From positions 1,830,001-1,862,000 of the forward strand of contig NC_016803.1 in assembly GCF_000189295.2 (NCBI RefSeq): a stretch of DNA of 32,000 nt, written 5' to 3'. Below the pieces are notes generated by a model. It did no database searches. It was not told the DNA's origin and worked only from the letters and a program-made list of their open reading frames with translations. Source of the stretch: Pseudodesulfovibrio mercurii. GTDB lineage: Bacteria; Desulfobacterota; Desulfovibrionia; Desulfovibrionales; Desulfovibrionaceae. The translations under genes were made by a program, and so were the position numbers. Each line of letters begins with the position of its first letter. The stretch's first letter is position 1. This document shows, in pieces, positions 1 through 10,868 of the stretch.

Positions 1-720
1 CAGAACTCCGTGCCCGGCGTGACCAACAAGGTCCTGGGCCGGATGGTCCGGCGGGTGTTCCTGAGCTTCCCGGACACCATGGGCGTGTTCCCCCCGCAAA
101 AGACCTTCCTGACCGGCAATCCGGTGCGGCCCGAGATTTTCAAGGCGGGCGAACGGCGGCGCGGCCGGACGCCCGGCAAGCGGCTGTTCGTCTTCGGCGG
201 CGGCCAGGGGGCACGGCCCATCAACGACGCGGTCATCGAGGCCCTGCCGACATTCATGGAGGCCGGGATCACCCTGGTCCACCAGGCGGGCCGAATCGAC
301 TTTTCCCGCGTGCGCGCCGCGTATCAGGCGGCGGGCGCGGACCCGGCGCAGGTCCGGGAATTCATCGAGGACATGGGGGCCGAGTACGCGGCCTGCGACC
401 TGGTTGTCTGCCGGTCCGGCGCGTCCACGGTCTTCGAAATAGCGGCGGCGGGGGCCCCGGCCATCTTCGTGCCCTTCCCCCAGGCCACCCACGACCACCA
501 GACAATGAACGCCCGCGCCATGTCGGACATCGGCGCGTCCGTGCTGCTGCCCCAGTCGGGGTTGAGCGGCGCGGCGCTGGCCGACCGCGTGCTCGGCCTG
601 CTGGCCGACCGCGAGCGGCTGACAACCATGGAAACAGCGGCCCGGTCCATGGCCCGGCAATTCGCGGCCCGGGACATCGTGGCCGGGCTGGCCGCCATGG
701 CCGGCGGGCAGGAGTCATAA
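1..720 (+). CDS. murG: MurG glycosyltransferase (lipid II synthesis), C-terminal ~240 aa; 5' end lies outside the window
   Basis: Frame-1 ORF is open from the window edge to TAA 718-720. Translation shows MurG C-domain motifs ([46 protein letters not shown]). It sits immediately before murC, as in dcw clusters. Confidence 0.9.
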   Translation, partial: QNSVPGVTNKVLGRMVRRVFLSFPDTMGVFPPQKTFLTGNPVRPEIFKAGERRRGRTPGKRLFVFGGGQGARPINDAVIEALPTFMEAGITLVHQAGRIDFSRVRAAYQAAGADPAQVREFIEDMGAEYAACDLVVCRSGASTVFEIAAAGAPAIFVPFPQATHDHQTMNARAMSDIGASVLLPQSGLSGAALADRVLGLLADRERLTTMETAARSMARQFAARDIVAGLAAMAGGQES

Positions 721-722
721 TT

Positions 723-2174
<1,452 letters not shown>

Positions 2175-3056
2175 ATGGCCCTGGAACTGACCGCCAACCC
2201 CCTGCTCTCGGAGCGGACCACCCTGCGCCTCGGCGGCCCCGCCGTGGTCGAGGCCGTGGTGCGCGGCGAGGCGGACCTTGACGATCTCTCCGCCTTTCTG
2301 GTCCGCGAGACCCTGCCACCCTTCGTCATCGGCGCGGGCAGCAACCTGCTGGCCACGGACGGTCCCCTGGAGCTGGCCCTGGTCCGCGTGGCCGACTGTC
2401 CGGGCCCGGAACGGGTGGAACGGGACGGCTCGACCCTGATCGTCCGCTGCGGCGCCGGGGTCCGGCTGCCCGGCCTGCTCGGCTGGGCGGAAAAGGCGGG
2501 CTTCAGCGGCCTGGAAGGCTTGACCGGCATCCCCGGCTCCGTGGGCGGGGCCGTGGCCATGAACGCGGGCTCCTACGGCGTGGAGTTCGGCGACCTGATC
2601 ACCCGGGTGCGGGTCTGGACCCCGTCCGGCGGGCTCGCCTGGCTGGACCGCAACCAGTGCATCTTCGACTACCGCCACTTCTCCCCGGTCAAGCGGCCGG
2701 GCAAGTGCCTGGTCTGGGAGGTGGAGCTGGCCCTGCGCGAGTCCGAGCCCAAGGCGGTCCGCGCCGCCATGCGCGACGTCTACAGGAAGAAGAAGGCCAC
2801 CCAGCCGGTCACGGCCCGGAGCGCTGGCTGCGTGTTCAGGAATCCGCCGGACAAGAGCGCGGGCAAACTCCTGGACAAGGCGGGCATGAAGGGCGTCCGG
2901 CTCGGGCACATGGCCTTCTCGGACGTGCACGCGAATTTTCTGGTCAACCTCGGGGGCGGCATCGCCGCCGACGCGCTGGAGCTCATGGACATGGGCCGTC
3001 GGCGCGTGGAGGAACAATTCGGCATAACTCTCGAACCGGAGGTCATCGTACTGTGA
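2175..3056 (+). CDS. murB: UDP-N-acetylenolpyruvoylglucosamine reductase
   Basis: ATG 2175 abuts the murC TAG, with GAGGAG upstream. MurB motifs: IGAGSNLL, GIPGSVGGAVAMNAGSYG, RSAGCVFRNP. Confidence 0.93.
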   Translation: MALELTANPLLSERTTLRLGGPAVVEAVVRGEADLDDLSAFLVRETLPPFVIGAGSNLLATDGPLELALVRVADCPGPERVERDGSTLIVRCGAGVRLPGLLGWAEKAGFSGLEGLTGIPGSVGGAVAMNAGSYGVEFGDLITRVRVWTPSGGLAWLDRNQCIFDYRHFSPVKRPGKCLVWEVELALRESEPKAVRAAMRDVYRKKKATQPVTARSAGCVFRNPPDKSAGKLLDKAGMKGVRLGHMAFSDVHANFLVNLGGGIAADALELMDMGRRRVEEQFGITLEPEVIVL

Positions 3057-3067
3057 GCACCCTGACC

Positions 3068-3946
3068 ATGGGCAAACAGAGCCGTCTGAACATCGGCGGA
3101 AAGCGCGCCGCGCGCGGCAACACCCGCAAGCGCAGGAAACCCGCCAACCCCCTGCTCATGCGGGACAACGCCCCGCGCAGGTTGGTCGGAGCGGGCCAGT
3201 TCATCATCCGCATGGTCATGCTCAGCCTGGTCCTGTCGCTCATCGCCGTGCTCGGCGTGGGGCTGCTCTACGGGTACCGCTACATCACAGCCCACCCCTA
3301 TTTCGATCTCAAGGAGATCCGCGTGGCGGGCAACGACCGACTGAGCTACGAGACCGTGCTCAAGACCGCGGGCGTGCAGCCGGGCCTCAACTGCCTGGAC
3401 ATGAACGTGGGCGAGGTCAAGAACCGGCTGGACGCCAACCCGTGGATCGACTCCGTGACCGTGCGCCGCGAGCTGCCCGACCGGCTGCTCATCGACGTGC
3501 GCGAGAAGGTCCCGACCTTCTGGGTGCGCCAGGGCGACGGGCTGTACTTCGCCGACGCGCGCGGCCGGGTCATCGCGCCCATGCACCCAGGCGAGCAGGC
3601 CTCCCTGCCCATCCTGAGCGTGGCCGAGGACCTGCCCGACGGGCCCAAGGTGCTGTCCGGCATCCTCGAAAAGATGGCCTCGGGCGGGACCCCTTTCACC
3701 CAGGCCCAGACCGCCTGGATCAAGCTGACCAGCGCCCACGATCTCGAGATATACCTCGACGGCGCGGGCGAAGGCCGGGGGCTGACCGTGAAGCTGTCCA
3801 TGGACCGCTGGGAGGTCCAGCTGGAACGGCTCAAGGTGGTCTGGCGCGACCTCATGCGGCGCAACGAATTCGACCAGGCCGCCATCATCGCGGCCAGCGG
3901 CGACAAGATCTGGATACAGAAGCGCGAGAACCCGGCAGCGGGCTAG
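3068..3946 (+). CDS. ftsQ: Cell division protein FtsQ
   Basis: ATG 3068; the alternative GTG 3053 overlaps the murB TGA. Basic N-terminus, one TM helix (FIIRMVMLSLVLSLIAVLGVGLL) and POTRA-like FDLKEIRVAGNDRLSYETVL. Lies between murB and ftsA. Confidence 0.88.
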   Translation: MGKQSRLNIGGKRAARGNTRKRRKPANPLLMRDNAPRRLVGAGQFIIRMVMLSLVLSLIAVLGVGLLYGYRYITAHPYFDLKEIRVAGNDRLSYETVLKTAGVQPGLNCLDMNVGEVKNRLDANPWIDSVTVRRELPDRLLIDVREKVPTFWVRQGDGLYFADARGRVIAPMHPGEQASLPILSVAEDLPDGPKVLSGILEKMASGGTPFTQAQTAWIKLTSAHDLEIYLDGAGEGRGLTVKLSMDRWEVQLERLKVVWRDLMRRNEFDQAAIIAASGDKIWIQKRENPAAG

Positions 3947-3987
3947 GCGCAAAACCATATTTCACAGGGAACAACAGAGGAGTCAGC

Positions 3988-5226
3988 ATGGCTAGAAACG
4001 ATCTCATCGTGGGCCTGGACGTGGGCACCACCAAGATATGCACCGTGGTCGGCGAGGCCTCGGACAACGGCGTCGACATCATCGGCATCGGCACCGCCCC
4101 CTCCACGGGGCTGCGCCGGGGCGTGGTCGTCAACATCGAGAAGACCGTCCAGTGCATCAAGAAGTCCCTGGAGGACGCCGAACTCATGGCGGGCTGCGAC
4201 ATCCGCACCGTGTACGCGGGCATCGCGGGCAGCCACATCCAGGGGTTCAACTCCCACGGGGTCATCGCGGTCAAGGGCGGCGAAGTGACCCAGCGCGACG
4301 TGGACCGGGTCATCGAGGCGGCCAAGGCCATCGCCATCCCCATGGACCGCGAGGTGCTGCACACCCTGCCCCAGGAATTCATCGTGGACGACCAGCGCGG
4401 CATCGCCGACCCGCTCGGCATGGCCGGTGTCCGGCTGGAGGTCAAGGTCCACATCGTCACCGGCGCGGTGACCTCGGCCCAGAACATCATCCGCTCCTGC
4501 AACCGCTCGGGCCTGGACGTGTCCAACATCGTCCTGGAATCGCTGGCCTCGAGCAAGGCCGTGCTGTCGGCCGAGGAACGGGAGATCGGCGTGGCCCTGG
4601 TGGACATCGGCGGCGGGACCACGGACATCGCGGTCTTCTCCAAGGACTCCATCAAGCACACCAGCGTGCTGGCGCTCGGCGGCCACAACCTGACCAACGA
4701 CATCGCCTACGGCCTCCGGACGCCCATGATGTCCGCCGAGAAGATCAAGATGGACTACGGCTGCGCCATGGCCGACCTGGTCACCAGCGAGGAGATCATC
4801 GAGGTCCCGAGCGTGGGCGGCCGCGAGTCACGGCGCATGAGCAAGCGCGTCCTGGCCGAGATATGCGAGCCCCGGTGCGAGGAGATTCTGGCCCTGGTGG
4901 ACCAGGAGCTGATCAAGTCCGGGTTCAAGAACATGATCGCCGCCGGCGTGGTCCTGAACGGCGGCACGGTGCTCATCGACGGCATGCAGGAGCTGGCCGA
5001 GCAGATTTTCGATCTGCCCGTTCGCATCGGCGTGCCCGCGGAGGGCATCGGGGGGTTGGCCGAGGAAGTCAAGAGCCCCAAGTACGCCACGGCCGTGGGG
5101 CTGCTGCTCCACGGGGCCGAGGAGGAAGGACTGCACAAGAAGGTCCGGCCCTTCAAGATCCGCGACGATTCCGGCTTCGACCGCATCGTCGGCCGGATGA
5201 AGAAGTGGTTCTCGGACATCGCATAA
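3988..5226 (+). CDS. ftsA: Cell division protein FtsA
   Basis: ATG 3988 with AGAGGAG upstream. Actin-fold phosphate motifs IVGLDVGTTKICTVVGE and LVDIGGGTTDIAVF. C-terminal amphipathic helix GRMKKWFSDIA. Confidence 0.96.
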   Translation: MARNDLIVGLDVGTTKICTVVGEASDNGVDIIGIGTAPSTGLRRGVVVNIEKTVQCIKKSLEDAELMAGCDIRTVYAGIAGSHIQGFNSHGVIAVKGGEVTQRDVDRVIEAAKAIAIPMDREVLHTLPQEFIVDDQRGIADPLGMAGVRLEVKVHIVTGAVTSAQNIIRSCNRSGLDVSNIVLESLASSKAVLSAEEREIGVALVDIGGGTTDIAVFSKDSIKHTSVLALGGHNLTNDIAYGLRTPMMSAEKIKMDYGCAMADLVTSEEIIEVPSVGGRESRRMSKRVLAEICEPRCEEILALVDQELIKSGFKNMIAAGVVLNGGTVLIDGMQELAEQIFDLPVRIGVPAEGIGGLAEEVKSPKYATAVGLLLHGAEEEGLHKKVRPFKIRDDSGFDRIVGRMKKWFSDIA

Positions 5227-5291
5227 ACGAGGAATGATTTCGAGGATACAGGGAAACACGCAACAGGGAACTAACTGAGGAGGACACGGAA

Positions 5292-6548
5292 ATGGAATAT
5301 TTCGAAATCGAGCATGAATCCAACGCCAAGATCAAGGTCGTGGGCTGCGGCGGCGGCGGTGGAAACGCCGTCAACAACATGATCCAGTCCGCGCTCAAGG
5401 GCGTGAAATTCATCGTCGCCAACACCGACGCCCAGGACATCCACAAGTCCCTGGCCGAACACAAGATCCAGATCGGCGAGAAGCTGACCAAGGGGCTGGG
5501 CGCGGGCGCCAATCCCGAGATCGGCCGGTCCGCGGCCATGGAGTCCATGGACCAGATCCGCGAGGCCCTGGAGGGCTCGGACATGGTCTTCATCACCGCC
5601 GGCATGGGCGGCGGCACGGGCACCGGCTCCGCCCCGGTGGTGGCCCAGGTGGCCAAGGAACTGGGCGCGCTGACCGTGGGCGTGGTCACCAAGCCCTTCT
5701 ACTTCGAGGGCAAACGCCGCCTGGAACAGGCCGAGGAAGGCACCCGCGCGCTGGCCGACGTGGTGGACTCCATCATCACCATCCCCAACGACCGTCTGCT
5801 CCAGCTGGCCGCCAAGAAGGCGTCCTTCTCCGACATGCTCAAGAAGGCCGATGAAGTCCTGTACTACGCGGTCAAGGGCATCGCCGACCTGATCACCGTG
5901 CACGGCCTGATCAACCTGGACTTCGCCGACGTCAAGGCGGCCATGTCCAACTCCGGCATGGCCCTCATGGGCACCGGCATCGCCTCGGGCGAGTCCCGGG
6001 CCAAGGAGGCGGCCATGAAGGCCATCACCTCCCCGCTGCTGGAGGACGTGTCCATCGAGGGTGCCAAGGGCGTGCTGATCAACATCACCTGCGGCCCGGA
6101 CATGCTCATCGACGAGGTCTCCGAGGCCGCCGACATCATCTACAAGGAAGCCCACGACGACGCCGAGATCTTCTTCGGCACGGTCTTCGATCCGGACGCG
6201 GGCGACGAGATGCGCATCACGGTCATCGCCACGGGCATCGAGCCCGCCATGGAGGAACCCGAACCGGTCATGTCCAAGGCCGAACAGCAGAAGCTGCTGC
6301 TCCTCGGACCCCGGGGCGCGAACAAGGTCGCCGAGCAGCCGCGCCGCGCCGGGCACCAGCGGGTCCTGAACACGGACCGCAACATCCCGGCCTACCTGCG
6401 CAAGGCGGGCGGCGAACTGAACACCACGGAGTTGCCCACCCGGCAGGTCTCCCAGCGGGCGGCCATGGCCGGCCCCGGCGAGGAGGAATTCATCTTCGAG
6501 GAAGACAACCTCGACGTCCCCGCGTTCATCCGCAAGAACGTGGACTAG
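5292..6548 (+). CDS. ftsZ: Cell division GTPase FtsZ
   Basis: ATG 5292 with GAGGAGGA upstream. Motifs: [13 protein letters not shown], tubulin signature [14 protein letters not shown]-terminal peptide [10 protein letters not shown]. Confidence 0.98.
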   Translation: MEYFEIEHESNAKIKVVGCGGGGGNAVNNMIQSALKGVKFIVANTDAQDIHKSLAEHKIQIGEKLTKGLGAGANPEIGRSAAMESMDQIREALEGSDMVFITAGMGGGTGTGSAPVVAQVAKELGALTVGVVTKPFYFEGKRRLEQAEEGTRALADVVDSIITIPNDRLLQLAAKKASFSDMLKKADEVLYYAVKGIADLITVHGLINLDFADVKAAMSNSGMALMGTGIASGESRAKEAAMKAITSPLLEDVSIEGAKGVLINITCGPDMLIDEVSEAADIIYKEAHDDAEIFFGTVFDPDAGDEMRITVIATGIEPAMEEPEPVMSKAEQQKLLLLGPRGANKVAEQPRRAGHQRVLNTDRNIPAYLRKAGGELNTTELPTRQVSQRAAMAGPGEEEFIFEEDNLDVPAFIRKNVD

Positions 6549-6651
6549 ACGCATGATGCGGCGCGTGTAAGGGGGTGCCCCCATCGGTACCCGTACCCTG
6601 TATCATGGCGAGTCGGAGCCCAAGGCTCCCGACCTCGGAGGACGGCTGCCC

Positions 6652-8247
6652 GTGGCGCTGGCCGTCCCCGGAGGCGACAAGGCGGCTTTGTCCGCGCTCG
6701 GCTGGCAGTCCGTGTACCGGACCCTGGCCGAGGCGCCCGGACTGGCCGTGGAGCGGGTCTTTCCCGACAAGCTGGGAACCACCGAGGGACAGGAGCCCCG
6801 GACGCGCGAATCCAACAGCCCACTATCCTCATTCCCTGTAATAGCCTGGAGCATCACGTTCGAGGAGGATTTCCTCAGCCTTCCTCGAACGCTCCGGGCA
6901 GCGGGCGTTCCGCCGCTTGCGGCGGAACGCCCATCTCTGCCCCTGGTCGTGGCCGGGGGGCCCATCGCCTTTCTCAACCCCGCGCCCATCGCCCCCTTCG
7001 TGGACTGCTTCTGGGTGGGCGAGGCCGAGGAGCGCTTCCTCGATTTTTTCGAAACCCTGCGCAGGATGGTCTTTGACGGCGCGGACAAGGAGGCCATCCT
7101 CGACGCGGTCAAGGACATGCCGGGCGTGTACGCGCCGGGCCGCTCCAGGACTCCGGTCAAGCGCATCGTCTCGGGCGGGCCGGGGGTGCTGACCGACCCC
7201 GCCTTCTCCTGCTTCATCTCGGGCCGGGCCGCCTTCCGCGACACCCTGCTGCTCGAGGTCAACCGGGGCTGCCCCTACGGCTGCCGCTTCTGCGCCGCGG
7301 GCTACATCTACCGCCCGCCCCGCCACGCCGAGCTGGCCGAGCTCGAACGCATCGTGGAGCTGGCCGACCCGCCCAAGGTGGGGCTGGTGGGCACGGCCCT
7401 GACCGACTGGCCGGACCTGCTCCCCTTCCTCAAGTGGCTGCACGAACGCAAAAAGAAATTTTCGCTCTCGTCCATGCGCGCCGACGGCGTCACCGAGGAG
7501 CTGCTGGTCTACCTGCGCGAGCGCGGCATCCGGACCGTCACCCTGGCCCTCGAAGGGGCCTCGGAGCGGCTGCGCCGGATGATGAGCAAGAAGCTCGATC
7601 CGAACGACTTTCTCAACGCGGTCCGGCTGTGCGCCCGGTACGGCGTGAACCACCTGAAAATCTACATGATCGCGGGCTGGCCCGGCGAGACCGACGAGGA
7701 CTACGCCGAGCTGGCCGGGTTCCTCGGCGAGATCGTGCGCATCCGCTCCGAGGAACCGGGCGGGCGCAAGAAGCAGTTCATGCGCATCACCATCGGGGTC
7801 AGCTCCCTGGTGCCCAAGCCCTTCACCCCGTTCCAGTGGGCCCCCATGCTCTCCGAGGACGCCCTGAACGCGCGCATGAAGTCCCTGGAAAAGCTGGTCA
7901 AGCCGTACAGGGGTGTGACCCTGCAACACGACGACCCGTTCCAGGCGCGGCTCCAGGGGCTGCTCGCGCGCGGCGGCGAGGAGCTGGCCGGGTTCATCCT
8001 CCTGGCCGCCGACCACGGCGGCTGGAAAAAGGCCCTCAAGCTGTGGGACGGCGACCCCGCCGCGATTCTCGACCGCGAGCGCGGCCGGGACGAGCCCTTC
8101 CCCTGGGAGGTCGTGGACATCGGCGTCCGGCGCGAACACCTGTGGAAGGAATGGGAGCGCGCCAAGGAAGCCCGCGTCACCCCCGGCTGCTCCCCCAACG
8201 GCTGCGCCCGGTGCGCTGGCTGCGGCATGGAAACGACCGCGCCCTAG
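6652..8247 (+). CDS. Radical SAM protein with N-terminal B12-binding-like domain (uncharacterised family; resembles TIGR03960-type proteins from memory)
   Basis: GTG 6652 ORF of 531 aa. Carries the CxxxCxxC cluster motif NRGCPYGCRFCAAGYIY. GC3-rich coding pattern. Start codon is uncertain. Confidence 0.85.
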   Translation: MALAVPGGDKAALSALGWQSVYRTLAEAPGLAVERVFPDKLGTTEGQEPRTRESNSPLSSFPVIAWSITFEEDFLSLPRTLRAAGVPPLAAERPSLPLVVAGGPIAFLNPAPIAPFVDCFWVGEAEERFLDFFETLRRMVFDGADKEAILDAVKDMPGVYAPGRSRTPVKRIVSGGPGVLTDPAFSCFISGRAAFRDTLLLEVNRGCPYGCRFCAAGYIYRPPRHAELAELERIVELADPPKVGLVGTALTDWPDLLPFLKWLHERKKKFSLSSMRADGVTEELLVYLRERGIRTVTLALEGASERLRRMMSKKLDPNDFLNAVRLCARYGVNHLKIYMIAGWPGETDEDYAELAGFLGEIVRIRSEEPGGRKKQFMRITIGVSSLVPKPFTPFQWAPMLSEDALNARMKSLEKLVKPYRGVTLQHDDPFQARLQGLLARGGEELAGFILLAADHGGWKKALKLWDGDPAAILDRERGRDEPFPWEVVDIGVRREHLWKEWERAKEARVTPGCSPNGCARCAGCGMETTAP

Positions 8248-8256
8248 CCCTTGGCG

Positions 8257-8284
8257 AAGCGGAGGGCAGCCCCGCCGCTTTTTC
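8257..8284 (+). terminator. Putative intrinsic terminator after the radical SAM gene
   Basis: GC-rich hairpin GCGGAGGG-CAG-CCCCGCCGC (8259-8278) followed by TTTTT (8279-8283), 10 nt after the stop codon. Confidence 0.5.
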
Positions 8285-8351
8285 TCGCCCCCGGCACCCG
8301 ATATGTGCTATTCTCCGGGCATTGGACTCTGTTCAAACCAAGGAGAACGCC

Positions 8352-9092
8352 ATGAAGCAATTCCTCATCATATTGTCGTTGCTGCTGATTCCCTACACCG
8401 CCCTGGCCGCGTCCGGTCAATCGGTGGACTATGAGATCAACGGACAGACCTTTGAAGGATACTACGTCAGCCCGGCGGACAAGGCCCCGCTGGTCTTCCT
8501 GGTTCACGACTGGGACGGGCTGACCGACTATGAGGTCAAGCGGGCCAGGATGCTCGCGGACCTGGGCTACGCCGTGTTCGCCGTGGACCTGTTCGGCAAG
8601 GGCGTGCGACCCACGGAGACCGCCGACAAGAAGAAGCTGACCGGCGCGCTGTACGCGGACCGCCAGCTCATGCGCACGCGGCTCATGGCCGGGCTGAACA
8701 AGGCCGCCGACCTGGGGGCCAACCTGTCCGACGCCGTGGCCATGGGCTACTGCTTCGGCGGCACGGCGGTCCTGGAGCTGGCCCGGTCCGGGGTGAACCT
8801 CAAGGCCTTCGTGCCCTTCCACGGGGGCCTGGCCACGCCCGAGGGCCAGGACTACACGGCCGTCAAGGGATTCATCCTGGTCTTCCACGGCTCGGCGGAC
8901 CAGTCCGTGCCCATGAGCCAGTTCGCGGCCCTGACCAACGAGCTGGAGGCCGCGCACATCCCCCACGAGATGACCACCTACTCCGGCGCACCCCACGCCT
9001 TCACGGTCTTCGGCTCGGACCGCTACCGCAAGGACGCGGACGAGAAGTCCTGGGCCCGATTCACGCAGTTCCTGGGCCAGACCCTGAAGTAG
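8352..9092 (+). CDS. Secreted dienelactone hydrolase family protein
   Basis: ATG 8352 with AAGGAGAA upstream. Signal peptide MKQFLIILSLLLIPYTALAAS. DLH-type nucleophile motif MGYCFGG. Alpha/beta hydrolase pattern (LVFLVHDWDG, FHGSADQSVP, APHAF). Confidence 0.88.
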   Translation: MKQFLIILSLLLIPYTALAASGQSVDYEINGQTFEGYYVSPADKAPLVFLVHDWDGLTDYEVKRARMLADLGYAVFAVDLFGKGVRPTETADKKKLTGALYADRQLMRTRLMAGLNKAADLGANLSDAVAMGYCFGGTAVLELARSGVNLKAFVPFHGGLATPEGQDYTAVKGFILVFHGSADQSVPMSQFAALTNELEAAHIPHEMTTYSGAPHAFTVFGSDRYRKDADEKSWARFTQFLGQTLK

Positions 9093-9110
9093 TCCCGCCC
9101 GGGACAACAA

Positions 9111-9144
9111 AAAGCCCTCCCCGTCGGCCGACGGGGAGGGCTTT
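9111..9144. terminator. Bidirectional intrinsic terminator between the hydrolase gene (+) and glyA (-)
   Basis: Perfect 16-bp inverted repeat AAAGCCCTCCCCGTCG/CGACGGGGAGGGCTTT, flanked by an A-tract on the left and a T-tract on the right, between convergent genes. Confidence 0.75.
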
Positions 9145-9165
9145 GTCATTGCGTTGGGACGCGAT

Positions 9166-10404
9166 CTACCAGGCGAAGAGCGGGAATTCGCGGGCGAACT
9201 CCTCGACTTCCTCGGCGATGCCGGCCAGGGCCTGGTCGTCGTTCATGTTGTCGAGCGCGGCCACGATGGCCTCGGCGACCACGATCATGTCCTCCTCGAT
9301 CATGCCGCGGGTGGTCAGGGCCGGGGTGCCCAGCCGGATGCCCGAGGTCTGGAACGGGGACTTGGTCTCGAACGGGATGGTGTTCTTGTTGGCCGTGATG
9401 CCCGCCTTGTCCAGGGCGATCTGGGCGTCCTTGCCGGTGTAGTCCTTCTCGGACAGGTCAACCAGCATCATGTGGTTGTCCGTGCCACCGGAAACGAGCT
9501 TGTAGCCCGCCTCGGTCAGGGACGTGGCCAGCTGCTTGGCGTTCTTGACCACCTGCTGCTGGTACTCCACGAAACCGGGGGACAGGGCCTCGCCGAAGGC
9601 CACGGCCTTGGCCGCGATGACGTGCATGAGCGGGCCGCCCTGAATGCCGGGGAAGATGTTGGAGTTCAACTCCTGGCCCAGGTCCTCGGAGCTCAGGATC
9701 ATGCCGCCGCGCGGGCCGCGCAGGGTCTTGTGGGTCGTGGTCGTGGTGTAGTGGGCGTATTCGATGCAGGACGGGTGCTCGCCCGCGGCGATCAGACCCG
9801 CGATGTGGGCCATATCGACCATGAGCTTGGCCCCGACCTCGTCGGCGATGGCCCGGAACCGGGGAAAGTCGATGATGCGCGGGTAGGCGGAAGCGCCCGC
9901 GATGATCATGGTCGGCCGGTGCTCCTTGGCCAGGGCCTCGACCGCGTCGTAGTCGATGGTCTGGGTCTCGCGGTCCACGCCGTAGTGCACCATGTTGAAG
10001 AGCTTGCCCGAAAAGTTCACCGGGGAACCGTGGGTCAGGTGGCCGCCGTGGGACAGGTCCATGCCCATCACGGTGTCGCCGGGCTTGCAGGCCGCGAAGT
10101 ACACGGCCATGTTGGCCTGGGAGCCGGAATGGGGCTGGACGTTGGCGTAGGTCGCGCCGAACAGCTCCTTGGCGCGGTCGCGGGCCAGGTCCTCGACCTC
10201 ATCCACGAACTCGCAGCCGCCGTACCACCGCTTGCCCGGATACCCCTCGGCGTATTTGTGGGTCATGACCGACCCCTGGGCCTGGCGCACGGCCGTGGAC
10301 ACGAAATTCTCGCTGGCGATGAGCTCCAGCTTGGAGACCTCGCGGTCAATCTCGTCGGCAATGGCGGCAGCAACCGCCGGGTCCTGGATAAACAGCTCTT
10401 CCAT
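9166..10404 (-). CDS. glyA: Serine hydroxymethyltransferase
   Basis: ATG at 10404 preceded by GAGGA; the ORF-track start at 10455 is probably too far upstream. Motifs: [10 protein letters not shown] and PLP-lysine motif [14 protein letters not shown]. Confidence 0.97.
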   Translation of the reverse strand: MEELFIQDPAVAAAIADEIDREVSKLELIASENFVSTAVRQAQGSVMTHKYAEGYPGKRWYGGCEFVDEVEDLARDRAKELFGATYANVQPHSGSQANMAVYFAACKPGDTVMGMDLSHGGHLTHGSPVNFSGKLFNMVHYGVDRETQTIDYDAVEALAKEHRPTMIIAGASAYPRIIDFPRFRAIADEVGAKLMVDMAHIAGLIAAGEHPSCIEYAHYTTTTTHKTLRGPRGGMILSSEDLGQELNSNIFPGIQGGPLMHVIAAKAVAFGEALSPGFVEYQQQVVKNAKQLATSLTEAGYKLVSGGTDNHMMLVDLSEKDYTGKDAQIALDKAGITANKNTIPFETKSPFQTSGIRLGTPALTTRGMIEEDMIVVAEAIVAALDNMNDDQALAGIAEEVEEFAREFPLFAW

Positions 10405-10554
10405 GGTGATATCCTCGTTGAGTAAAATGTGGATGCGAATGGCTTCCCAGCCCAAGCGGGGACTCGGGCGATCCTCGCGCCACCTCGACGGTCACGGCTT
10501 TTTCACCGCTCCCGGCAGGCGCTCCCGCCGTGCCCCGTGCACTGGAGATCCGTC

Positions 10555-10582
10555 CTTATATCAATACGGAACACTCGTTCAA
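10555..10582 (-). promoter_or_regulatory. Candidate sigma-70 promoter for glyA
   Basis: Minus strand reads TTGAAC, a 16-nt spacer, then TATAAG. This would give a ~145-nt leader. Sequence match only. Confidence 0.3.
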
Positions 10583-10610
10583 GCTGTCCCGGTTGTGCCG
10601 TCGGGAGGGA

Positions 10611-10714
10611 GGAATGCCTCCGGCGGCCAGGGCGCTGCCCTGGACCCGCTCAAGAACCTTTTGGAAAAGGTTCTTGAGAATCTCCAAAACTTTTTATCGC
10701 CGCTTCGCGGGGTG
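10611..10714 (+). repeat. Modular intergenic palindromic repeat, copy A (left arm, hairpin 1, hairpin 2, right arm)
   Basis: GGAATGCCTCCGGCGGC; CCAGGGC-GCT-GCCCTGG (10627-10643); CTCAAGAACCTTTT-GG-AAAAGGTTCTTGAG (10649-10678); AATCTCCAAAACTTTTT..CGCCGCTTCGCGG. Near-identical blocks recur at 18.7, 18.9 and 27.7 kb. Confidence 0.85.
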
Positions 10715-10818
10715 CGGCGGCCACCCTTACGCCCGCCCCTTGTATCCGGCATATAGACGGTTAGGCAAGAACGTTTGGACCAAAATCCGAATTTCCTTCA
10801 CCCCGCCGCCGGAGACTC

Positions 10819-10850
10819 CAACAAAAAAGGGCCGCTTGAGCGGCCCTTTT
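10819..10850 (-). terminator. Intrinsic terminator downstream of fabF
   Basis: Minus strand reads AAAAGGGCCGC-TCAA-GCGGCCCTTTT followed by TTGTTGG, 19 nt after the fabF stop. Confidence 0.75.
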
Positions 10851-10868
10851 GCGATCGATGATCGTCGG

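Noticed and set aside
10441-10500. ZTP (pfl)-riboswitch-like strings in the putative glyA leader (minus strand CCGUGACCGUCG...GGUGG...CCGCUUGGGC). glyA is a classic ZTP-regulated gene.
   Set aside because: The pseudoknot pairing that defines the aptamer is not possible here. The 5' GnCGG segment must pair with the 3' CCGnC segment, but the 5' GUCGA has no complement in CCGCU. The P1/P2 layout also fits poorly. An Rfam RF01750 covariance scan would settle it.
10429-10756. Small ORFs running through the intergenic repeats (10429-10677, 10169-10756, 18773-19108, 18831-19052, 27715-27921).
   Set aside because: Their similarity to one another is explained by the DNA repeat itself (palindromes read in different frames). 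They have no RBS or coding signature.
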